Assembly (NCBI RefSeq): GCF_963921235.1 | Contig: NC_086107.1 | Location: forward strand, 106,518,001 to 106,582,000 | Source of the DNA: Mobula hypostoma | Lineage: Eukaryota | DNA length: 64,000 bases | Direction of reading: 5' to 3' | In this document: positions 12,801-22,891 of the stretch, one piece after another | Numbering within the stretch: the stretch's first letter is position 1 | Layout: each line of letters starts with the position of its first letter | Notes under the pieces: generated by a model | The model's input: the letters and a program-made list of their open reading frames with translations, nothing else | Databases searched by the model: none | Told to the model about the DNA's origin: nothing | Translations under genes and position numbers: made by a program

Positions 12801-14890
12801 TTCCCTATCGTCTGATGCCAAAACAAATTACTGTTTAATTTTGAAAAAATAGATATTAATAGATGGAGACACCTGCCAGCATCAGTCCCAGCCCGTATAT
12901 CGGTCATTAAAATGAACATCTTACCCTGCATTAATTTTATCAGCTCAATGATCCCACTTGCACCTCCAGCAGGATATTGGCAAAAACTGGACTCCTTACT
13001 ATGATGCTGTGTTTGGAACAGTAAACGACCCAATATAAAGTGGTCAGTTCTACAACTCAAAAAGTCGGATTGGGAATGGCATGCCCAAATTTTAAATTGT
13101 ATCACTGGGCATTTGTATTAAAAAGTCTTAGCTATTGGATGGAGGAGGATAAAGTTTCGTCATGGAAAAATATAGAACAAGAGCTAATAGCACCAATAAG
13201 GTTGAAGGACTGTCTCCTTATAGGTATGTCTACCAAAAAATGTGATTTGTATTACGGTCCAATTTTACCCCATATGCTACAAGTGTTTAGAGCAGCAGAA
13301 AAATTCCTAAAACTTAAAACCATATGGTGCAAATCATCTTCATTATGGAACAATAATCATCTTCTACCTGGGGGGAAACCATTCACTAACAGAACTTGGG
13401 AGGATAAAGGTACTTAATACTGTATTGTCGCCAAACAATTGGTACTAGAACGCACAATCATCACAGCAATATTTGATTCTGCGCTTCACACTCCCTGGAT
13501 TACAAATATTAAATATTAAAAATAGTAAATATTAAAAATTTAAATTATAAATCATAAATAGAAAATAGAAAAATGGAAAGTAAGGTAGTGCAAAAAAACC
13601 GAGAGGCAGGTCCGGATATTTGGAGGGTACGGCCCAGATCCGAGTCAGGATCCGTTCAGCAGTCTTATCACAGTTGGAAAGAAGTTGTTCCCAAATCTGG
13701 CCGTACGAATCTTCAAGCTCCTGAGTCTTCTCCCGGAGGGAAGAGGGACACAAAGTCTGTCGGCTGGGTGGGTCGTGTCCTTGATTATCCTGGCAGCACT
13801 GGTATTACTACTCTTCAAGATATTAATGGGGCAAGTACTACCCTTACCTTTCAAGAACTGGTATCTCAATATAATATTGATAAACACTCTCTTTTCTTCT
13901 ACTTTAGAGTAAGATCAGCTTGTAAAGCCTATGGGGTTCCCTGGGGGTCAGATTTAAAGGGCCATCCCATTTGAAGTTGGATACAGAGTGCTCCAGGAAA
14001 GATAGTGTCATATACCTATGATAAATTAAACTCCCAGAAATATATGTTCACATCAGGAATGAAAGCCTGGGATAGGGACATATATGAATTGGGACAAGAC
14101 TTAGACTGGGATGCGATTTGGGATAATGTTGCCGGTGCTTTGAAAAATCCAAATCATCGGTATATACACTTGAAATTTTGTCATACAGCATATCTAACAC
14201 TGAGAATTAGACATCAAATGGGACTGGTTCCTGACCCATATTGATCATTTTGCCCCCACGGAACTGTTGGTTCTTTTATACATGTTGTATGGGAATGTCC
14301 AGGGGTTTTAGGTTTGTGGGGGAAGGTTATCAGTACTCTTACAGAACTAACGGGGGTACAATTACTAATGGACCCCACTGTACATCTTCTAAATGATGAC
14401 TCCCACCTTTCCCTTACGGAAAAAATACGCAAAGTCTGGCTGGCAGGCCTGACTGCAGCTAAGAAGATTGTAGTTCAGGGTGGGAAACCCCCCCATGATA
14501 TTTCAAATACTCACTGGCTTCGGAGCTTTTTGGACATTTCTTACCTGGAACTTTCATCAGCAAGAGTAAATGATGCATGACCAAACACAACCTTAATATG
14601 GACAAATTTGATATCTAACTTAAAATTAACCTCTGTTAAAATAGGAATGCTCTGTCTGTGTATGCACTACTATTCAGTTGGTTGGTGGAGGGGAGAGGGC
14701 TGGGGGGGAGAGAGGGGTGGGGGGAGAGAGGGGTGGAGAGGGGGTGGGGATGAGGAAGAGGATGAGGGGTGGAGGAGGGGATGGTGATGAAGGTTGGGGG
14801 GTGGCTGGGTTAAACAGTCAAAATGCAATCAGCAACTGGTTGTATTGAATGTAATTTGTTGGTGTTGCAATAAAAAACTAGTGATTAAAA
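9888..14890 (+). mobile_element. Degenerate L1-clade LINE: ORF1 C-terminus, long spacer, ORF2 (APE, RT with internal deletion, Cys-rich end), G-rich 3'UTR and A tail
   Basis: ORF1-type KLRQKGIDSFLIYPAILRV; APE SFNIRGLN, LLQETHL, SRIDY, LSDH; RT YRPISLIN and LDAEKAFD; C-terminal IHVVWEC; AATAAA near 14869; candidate TSD ACAAAA at 9882-9887 and 14891-14896. Many stops and frameshifts. Confidence 0.92.
13413..13800 (-). mobile_element. Rex1/Babar-like LINE 3' fragment nested in the L1 ORF2
   Basis: Minus translation IIKDTTHPADRLCVPLPSGRRLRSLKIRTARFGNNFFPTVIRLLN. Removing it rejoins L1 WEDKG|ITTLQDI; GGTA flanks both sides. Confidence 0.85.
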
Positions 14891-15621
14891 ACAAAAGGGT
14901 TTCATTTCCGAGAACTATTCACAACCAAAATTTTTCTAGTTGGCAAGGTCCTGCATGGCAGGCTAGTCTGGAAGGTTAGATCTCATGGGATCCAGGGGAG
15001 CTAGACAATTGGATACAAAATTGGCTTAGTGGAAGAAGCCAGAGATGACAGCGGAGGATTGCTTTTCAGACTGGAGGCTGTGACCAGTGGTGTGGCACAA
15101 GATCAGTGCTGGATGAGAATGTTATTAACAAAGATAATAAGTTTATTTATTTATCATTGATTGAAATTCAGCGTAGAATAGGCCTTCCGGCCCTTCAAGC
15201 CACGCTGCCGAGCAACCCCCAATTTAATCCTAGCCTAATCGCTGGACAATTTATAATGATCAATTAACCCACTAACCGGTATGTCTTTGGGCTACAGGAG
15301 AAAACTGGAGCACCTGGAGGAAACCCACAAGGTCACAGGGAGAATGTACAAGCTCCTTACAGACAACATGATCTGGATGAACTTGGAAGTGGGTCTAAGA
15401 ATGGTAGATTGGATAAGTTTGAGGTTTTGCATTTTATCAAATTGAAGCAAGCCTGGAGTTGCATAGTAAATGGCAGGGATCTAGACAGAGAATTAACGGA
15501 TACATAATTCTTGAAAATGGCAACACAAGCAGATAGTGGTGAAAGTGTCTGATATGCTTGCCTTCATCTGTCAAGGCATTCAGTACAGGAGCTGGGATGT
15601 CATGTTGAAACTCTACAAGTC

Positions 15622-16270
15622 AGAAACACAAAAGATTCTACAGATGCTGAAAATTTGGAGGAACGTGCACAAAATGCTGGAGGAACTCAGTAGGTCAGGC
15701 AGAATCTATAAGCGAGGAATAAACAGTTGACATTTCATCGGGATTGGAAGGGAAGGAGGAAGAAGCCAGAAAAAGGTGGAGGGAGGGGAAGGAGTAAAAG
15801 CTGGCAGGTGATAGGTGAAACTGGGTTCATGGGTGGGGATATGAAGTGAGAAGCTGGGAGGTGATATGTGGAAGAGGTAATGGGCTGAAGGAGGAGGAGG
15901 CTGATAGAGGACAGTGGACCACGGGAGAAAAGGAAGGAGGAAGGATAACAGAAAGAAGTGATAGGTAGGTAAAGTGTAAGGAAGTAGTAAGAGGGGAGCC
16001 AGAATGGGGAACGGAAAAAGAGAGAAGGGGGTGGGAATGAGAAATGACCAGAAATCAGTGTTCATGTCATCAGGTTGGAGGCTAGCCAGATGGAATATTG
16101 GGTGTCGCTCCTCCAACCTGAGAGTGGCTTCGTCACAACTGTAGAGGAGGCTGTGAACTGACATGTCTAACTGAGTAGAATTAAAATGGTTGGCCACTGG
16201 GAAATCCCGTCTTTGTGGTGGATGGGGTGAAGGTGCCCGACGACAAGGACCCCAATCTATGTCAGGTCTT
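15622..16270 (-). mobile_element. Penelope-like element 3' part (endonuclease C-terminal remnant plus terminal repeat)
   Basis: DFPVANHFNST...DMSVHSLLYSCDEATLRLEERHPIFHLASLQPDDMN resembles the PLE C-terminus; it ends in the cacaaaatgctggaggaactcag repeat seen many times here. Confidence 0.75.
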
Positions 16271-16597
16271 GCCAATGTACAAGTCTTTGATGAAACCACA
16301 ATTGGAGTATTTTGCACAGTTCTGATTGCCAAGCTGTAGGTAGGATGTTATTAAGATAAAAAAAATGCAGCAAAGATTCACAAGGAAGTTAATAGGATTT
16401 GTGGACTTGAGGTACAAAGTCAGACTGGATTCTGGGTGCTTTTTATTTCCCTGGAGCATAGGAGGCTGAGGATTGACATTATAGAGCTATATACAGTATA
16501 AGGTAGATGGTTATAGCCTTTTTTCCCCCAAGTGGGGGAGTTGGTGGAGTCTAAAGTAGAGGACATGGATTTAAGGCTAAAATGGAAAGACCTAAAG

Positions 16598-16677
16598 TAC
16601 GGGTTCCCAACCTGGGATCCATGGACCCCTTGCTTAATGGTATTGGTCCATAGCATAAAAAAGGTTGGGAACCCCTG
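16598..16677. mobile_element. 80-bp hAT-type MITE
   Basis: Terminal inverted repeats (TIRs) GGGTTCCCAACC / GGTTGGGAACCCCTG; 8-bp TSD ACCTAAAG / ATCTAAAG. Related copies at about 26930-26982 and 39023-39103. Confidence 0.8.
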
Positions 16678-17787
16678 ATCTAAAGGAATGCGTGGGGAAA
16701 TGTTTTTATACAGAGTGCAGCAGAATGAGCTGCCAGAAGCAGCTGTAGAAGCAGGCAAAATTAACATACGGAAAACACATTTCAACATGTACATGGCATA
16801 AAGGGATATGGTTCAAACTCAGGCAAAGGGGACTAAACCAGATAAACAACTGGTTGGCATGGGTGAGTTGGGCCAAAGAGTCCATCTGTGTGCTGTATAA
16901 CTCTACAACTCTATGCCATCTTTATGCAGGGAAATTTTACTTTGCATCCCATAGTCGACAGTGCATGATGCCACTGAAAAACTGAAGTATTTCCACAGTC
17001 AGCTTTCCTCAGCCCCATAGTTCACACAATGGAAAGTTACAGTTAGCCACTTGCCCAGGGTGCGCATATTTTAACATGCAGCATATACACAATACAAGAG
17101 TAGAAGTCAAGCTTTTGATTCCAGACTAAAACCTCACCAAAATAATGACAAGAAAGAAGACTGTCCATTTTTATGAATGTTGCAAGGTTTTACAATGTAG
17201 GACACTACAGCACAGTGCAGGCAGGCCCTTTGGCACATGATGTTGTGCCGACCTTTTAACCTACTCTAAGATCAATCTAACCCTTCCTTCCTACATCGCC
17301 CTCACTTTTCTGTCATCCATTTGCCTATTTAAGGGTTTGTTTAATTCCCCTAAATGTTTCTGCCTCTACCAACACCCCTGGCAGGATGTTCGACACACCC
17401 ATTACAGTATGTGTGAAGAACTTACCTTATACTTTTCTTCAATCACCTTAAAATTATGCCCCCCCCCCCATATTATCCATTTCTGCCCTTGGAAGAAATC
17501 TCTGGGTGTCCATTCTGTCTATCTGTACCATACTTTTAATTATGTTGTTATTTTGGTGTAGCTACATATAAGTTCAACCATCAGAGACACAAAATAAATA
17601 GTACAATTAAAATCAAGAGACTTCTGAGCTGTGGTTGATGGTGTTTGGGGTAGAAACTCTGCTTATCAGAGTATGCAAGCTGGTTTTAGGTTGCAACTCA
17701 GAAATATCAAAATCATGCACATTAAAAGCAGGTGACCTTCAACTTTGAAATTAACCATTCTGTCCTATCAGTCCTAAGTGATCCTAC

Positions 17788-17853
17788 CTGTGCAGTCAAG
17801 GTCGTCACAGTGTTTCTTGATTGGCTGCCAGCTGTTGTGGCACATTTGAAAAT
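17788..17853 (-). CDS. Candidate 66-nt in-frame cassette exon of the epsin gene (IFKCATTAGSQSRNTVTTLTAQ)
   Basis: Acceptor atttttttccttacccatctag|, donor CAG|GTAGGA, 22 codons with no stop, phase 0/0 matching the preceding exon. No recognisable homology. Confidence 0.35.
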
Positions 17854-19340
17854 CTAGATGGGTAAGGAAAAAAATATTTAGAATGTCGCAGAATATTAAA
17901 TACTGTAATAAAACAGTGCAGGCTTCTTTGTAGCTTGTACAATTTCTCTGTAACTTGTGCAATTCAGGAAATAGCTCAGCTGCTCACTGCGGTGAAGTGC
18001 ATGAAGTGCATGCATTAGGCATCTAAAAGGTCTCAAAGGGAAGTTCAGCATTGCTTTTATTCTTTTACACTCATTGGAGTGGCCGAAAATACTCCATCAT
18101 GTATAATTACTGTACTGTATATCAGACTGATTGTGAGAAAGTGGCAGGTGTGCATGAAGCCAATTGATCGCGCAGTGAATCGATTGGGCCTTTCCTTTGG
18201 CGCAGGCTTTAGAGAGTGCACGATTATTGACTTGGCGGGCTCTGTTCATTGCTCTCACACTATAAGTTGCCCGGCGTGTGCTGTTACTAACACGACTCAG
18301 TAAAAACGTTTAATCATACAACTCCATTGTCATTCTTGCTCCGTGCATACGTAATGGTCAATGACTCCCCACCACCCAGGCCATGCTCCCTTCTCACTGC
18401 TGCCATCAGGAGCCTCAGAATTCATACCACCAGGTTCAGGAACACTTATTACCCCTCAGCCATCCATCTCTTGAACCACAGGGGGATAATTTCACTCAAC
18501 TTTACTTGCCCCATCATTGAATTGTTCCTAAAGCCTATGGATTCACTTTCAAGGACCCGTCATCTCATGTTCTTGATATTTATTGCTTATTTATTTATTA
18601 TTATTATTTTTTCTTTTGTATTTGCAGAGTTTATTGTCTTTTGCACACTGGTCTTCTGCCCTATAGGGTCTTCTATTGATTCTATTATAGTTACTGGATT
18701 TAGTGAGTATGCCCGCAAGAAAATGAATCTCAGGGTTGTATATGGTGACGCATGCACTTTGATAATAAATTTACTTTCAACTTTGAACAGTTTCATAATT
18801 TATTTTATTTTACTGGCTTGCATCTGAGTCTGAATTGAGGAACATTTGGAAAGAGCATTAGTCACACCAGCTTTTTCATGTGATGAACTGTGTATTTTTA
18901 CTTTTGCTGTTTCTGACTGACTGTTCAATTGTCCCAAATTGAACAAAGGGTATAAGGAATATTTAATTGGACTGGCATGGTTAAAAAAGATAAACCTAAG
19001 AGATTCTGCAGATGCTAGAAATCCAGAACAACACACATAAAATGCTGGAGGAATTTAGCAGATTAGGCAACATCTATAGAGGGAACAAACAGTTGACATT
19101 TCGGGCCAAGACCCTTCATCAGGACCAGAGTCTCAGCCCGAAAAGTCGACTGTGTAATACCATCCATAGATGGTTAGAAATACATCATTTGACAAAGCAA
19201 TATTTGGGGAAAAGCTAGATTGTTTCTCCAAGTTGAAAGAACCTTCCTGGGTTAAGTAATCTTCACATGCTGTATTCCCTTGGGCTAGCATCAGATTGGC
19301 TGTTATGAGTAAGTGTACAGATGTCTAGTGCTACTGTATG

Positions 19341-19606
19341 AGGGCAGCTCGGTAGCGTAGCGGTTCGCACATCGCTTTGCAGTACCAGTTACACAGGTTC
19401 AATTCCCGTTGCTGCCTGTAAGGAGTTTGTACATTCTCCCCATGATCACAGAGGTTTCCTCCCACAAGCCAAAGTCGTACCGGTAGGTAGGTTAATTGGT
19501 CATTGTAAATTGTCCTGTGATTAGGCTAGGGTTAAATCAGGGGTTGCTGGGTGGCACGGCTCGAAGGGCCAAAAGGGCTTGTTCCATGCTGTTTCTCAAT
19601 AAATAA
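19341..19606 (+). mobile_element. V-SINE (HE1-like), representative copy. Others at about 4478-4730(-), 15140-15368(-), 22240-22510(+), 23062-23302(-), 25213-25485(+), 25930-26110(-), 31212-31478(-), 35190-35390(-), 54224-54500(+), 55470-55670(-)
   Basis: tRNA-like head (GGTAGCGTAGCGG, GGTTCAATTCC) followed by the V-domain-like GGTTTCCTCCCACA..CCAAAG..GGTTAATTGG. Confidence 0.8.
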
Positions 19607-19951
19607 TTTTTTAAAAAATCAAAAATCACAGACTTGACTACTTGCAAGCAGCTGAAAGGGCAGCAATTCTATTTTCTCATTGTATAGCTTTGCTATAAAT
19701 ATCTGCTGGAAGGCCTCAATCTGAAACACCGATTATCCCTTGGCCACCACAGATGGTGTTTGTTTTTAGACTGTCAGGTTGACGTGAAGTATCAATAGAA
19801 ATACTGTACACCAGCAGACTAGGGCTGACCTTTAGGAAAGGTTGGTCACTTCAGCTTACTTGCTACCTTACAATATCAATGAGTTGGGAGTGGTGCAAGG
19901 ATCAAGCATGGATCTAGTCAGGCCGGGGGGGGGTGGGGGGAGGGGGGTGGT

Positions 19952-20320
19952 ACTCATTGAAACCTCTCAGATTTTGAAAGGTAGTATCACCAAGGAAGGG
20001 TGTTTGCTATAATGGGGGCGTCTCGGACCAGAGGGCACAGCTGCGGAATACTCTTCACGACAGAGATAACGAGGAATTTCTTTAGTCAGAGGGTGGTGAA
20101 CCTGTGGAATTCTTTGCCACAGACCGTTGTGGAGGCCAAGTCAATGGGTATATTTAAAGCAGAGGTTGATAGCTTCTTGATTAGTCAGGAAATTAAAGGT
20201 TATGGGGAGAAGGAAGGAGAATGGGGTTGAGAGGGATAATAAATCAGCCATGATGGAATGGTGGGGCAGAATCAATGGGCAGAATGGCCAAATTCTGCTC
20301 CTGTGTGTTATTGTCTTTTG
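19952..20320 (+). mobile_element. CR1 3' fragment ending next to the epsin exon 3 donor
   Basis: RNFFSQRVVNLWNSLP motif and typical 3'UTR (cagccatgatggaatgg...ggcagaatggcc aattctgctcct). Confidence 0.85.
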
Positions 20321-20324
20321 GTAC

Positions 20325-20437
20325 CTGTTCCGCCTCTTCCCGACTCATGGCCAGTGCCAACTGTAGCTGCAGCTCCTCTTCACCGCTGGTCTGAGGCCGT
20401 GTCTGCTCCAGCTCAGAGGAGATCTTCGGAGAAGTAG
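20325..20437 (-). CDS. EPN2: Epsin third coding exon containing the first ubiquitin-interacting motif (UIM)
   Basis: Acceptor gtttctctgctcacag|, phase 1 continues as STSPKISSELEQTRPQTSGEEELQLQLALAMSREEAEQ (UIM pattern EEELQLQLALAMS). Donor CAG|GTACCA at 20324; 113 nt, ends in phase 0. Confidence 0.92.
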
Positions 20438-21474
20438 CTGTGAGCAGAGAAACAAGCAACAGACAAGCAGCGTCATTGTGAGGACAGTCCAGTTTCTACA
20501 CTTGGGTAGTTACACTATCCAAGCTTCTCACCTGCAACTACAGGGCACGGTGCCAATTCGATCACAAAGAAAGGTTGCAAATTTCTGAACAATCATTTTA
20601 AACACTTCCATTAGATCAACCCTCTAATGCAATAAGGAATTCCACACCGTTTATACAGTCTTTTTTCATCATTTAATTCTTTAAACTCAGATAGATGCCA
20701 CTATCCAGATGTGAAGGCAAACTGGTGTATCCCTCAACAACAGTATATCAACAATGTCAACAATGAATTCTGCACTGAATAAGATGTCAATTTTAACCTC
20801 TTTAGAGGTACAACCGGTGAGATAAAAATTACTGTTTCTAATTATTGTGTGCCTTACTTTCTTAGTTGCCTAATAATGCTACATTGAGATATTTAAAAGT
20901 GGGCAAGAAAGAGTGAAAAGTGTACCATGGCTATTACTTGGCAAGGTAGTGTAGTGGGTCAGCGTGTTCCACACTATCAAGAAAGCTCAACACCTCTGCT
21001 TTCTGAAGTTTAAGAGAGCTGGACTATCATGACCTTCTACAGATGCGCAGTTGAGAGCATCTTCACATGCTGCATCGCTGCACAGTATGGTAACTGCACT
21101 GCACCGGACAGGAAGGCTCTATAATGGGTAGTCAAAACTGCGCAATGCATCACTGACACTAGCCTATCTGCCATCAATGACGTATACATAGAAAGGTGCC
21201 GGAAAAAGGCCTGCAATATCATGAAGGATCCCACACAGCCTGCCCATGGACTGTTTGTCCCACTCCCAGCATGGAGGAGGCTACACCAGGGCCACCACAT
21301 TCAAAACCAGTTACCTTCCCCAAGCAGTAAGGCTGATCAACACCTCCACCCAGTGACCACCCCTCCACACCCCCACCGCCATTACTTTTATTTCCTCTCA
21401 GAATCACCTTATGTACGGACACTCCTGTACCTAGCATTACTTTATGGTCATATGATCAGTCTAGTATATAACAG

Positions 21475-22110
21475 CTGTAGTGGAGCGTGTATCAAGCTTC
21501 AATTTCCTTGGTGTCCACATTTCTGAGGATCTCAGCTGGTCCCTGATCTCCTCCATCCTGAACAAAAAGGCGCAACAGCAGAGCATGAAGAAAGCTCACC
21601 TCTGTCCCAGGATACTGGTGGACTTTTACTGCTGTACCATTGAGAGCATACTCACCAACTGCATCTCAGTGTGTTATGGCAATTGTCCCGTATCGGATCG
21701 CAAAGCACTCCAGCGTGTGGTGAAAACTGCCCAGCGGATTATCGGCACCCTGGGCGGGGCGAAAAGCATTATCAAGGATGCATCTCACCCTAACCATGGA
21801 TTTTTTACTGTCTTCCCATCCGGTAGGCACTACAGGAGCCTCTGCTCCCGTACCAGCAGGCACAGGAAGAGCTTCTTCCCTGAGGCTGTGACCCTGCTGA
21901 ACCTCACATCACAGCGCTAATCAGTATTGCACCCATATTGTACTGTCTCAGTACTTTTATATTTGTGTGCTGTAGCACTTACTTTTTATTCACAGTTATT
22001 TTGTAAATAACACTATTCTTTGCATTTCTGGTCAGATGCTAACTGCATTTCATTGGCTTTGTATCTGTACTCGGCACAATGACAATAAAGTTGAATCTAA
22101 TCTAATCTAA
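21475..22110 (+). mobile_element. Rex1/Babar-like LINE 3' fragment with (TCTAA)n tail. Similar fragments at about 18360-18790, 20960-21470, 30235-31205, 31680-32300, 42230-43030, 47215-47950
   Basis: ERVSSFNFLGVHISEDLSW...IESILTNCISV...IIKDASHP...PSGRHYRS...SFFPEAVTLLN; tail aataaagttgaatctaatctaatctaa. Confidence 0.85.
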
Positions 22111-22654
22111 TTATTGTGCTTTTTATTATTATTTTCCTTATCTCATTGTGTTTTTTTGTGTTGCATCAGATCCGGAGTAACAGTTATTTCATTCTCCTTT
22201 AAACTTGTGTACTAGAAAAGACATTAAACAATCTTGAATTGCTTTACAGCACCAGTGATCACCAATGGAGCTTCAATTCCCACTGCAGTCTGTAAGGACT
22301 TTGTGTGTTCTCCCTGTGAGGCGCTTTGGTTTTCTCCCACATTCCAAATACGTACGGGTTAGTGAGTTGTGAGCATGTTATGTTGGTGCCAGATGAGTGG
22401 CGACATTTGCGGGCTGCCCCCAGCACAATCCCCGCTGACTGGTTGACACAAAACGACGCATTTCACTGTGTGTTTCGATGTTCATGTGACAAATAAAGTT
22501 GATCTTTATCTCTAGGCTAGTGGTTGTTCTGCACTGTGTTAATATGAAAAGAATTATAATATCAATGAGAGTTTAGAAAAGGGTTAAAACATTACCCATA
22601 ACAACTCTCTAATATATCCACACACACACAAAAACACAAGGCTTGGATACTTAC

Positions 22655-22891
22655 AGCCATGGTAGGAAGCAGGTGACCCACCCACTTTGCTGCACTCATC
22701 TGATTGGCTAGTAGACAGGTTTGGGTGGCTGGAACCCCGGCCGAACATAATCTGGTTGTTGCTGCCTACTCCTGTTGTCACACTTGACATCCGCTCTTTT
22801 GTCTTCAGTGCATGACTGCGCTCGACTCGAAGCCTCTCGTCATCCTTCAGTAGGGCGATGAGCTGTTTTGATTTCTCCCTCACATTGACAC
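22655..22891 (-). CDS. EPN2: Epsin second coding exon (end of ENTH plus linker)
   Basis: Acceptor ttctctcaaccag|, phase 1 joins to give GVNVREKSKQLIALLKDDERLRVERSHALKTKERM...FGRGSSHPNLSTSQSDECSKVGGSPASYHG. Donor T|GTAAGT at 22654; 237 nt. Confidence 0.93.

Noticed and set aside
1801..17700. Next canonical epsin exon (EERLRRGDDLRLQ-like)
   Set aside because: Not found in the non-repeat stretches; probably downstream of position 1.
18161..18188. CCAATTGAT...ATCGATTGG hairpin as a pre-miRNA
   Set aside because: The stem is only about 9 bp, too short for a miRNA precursor.
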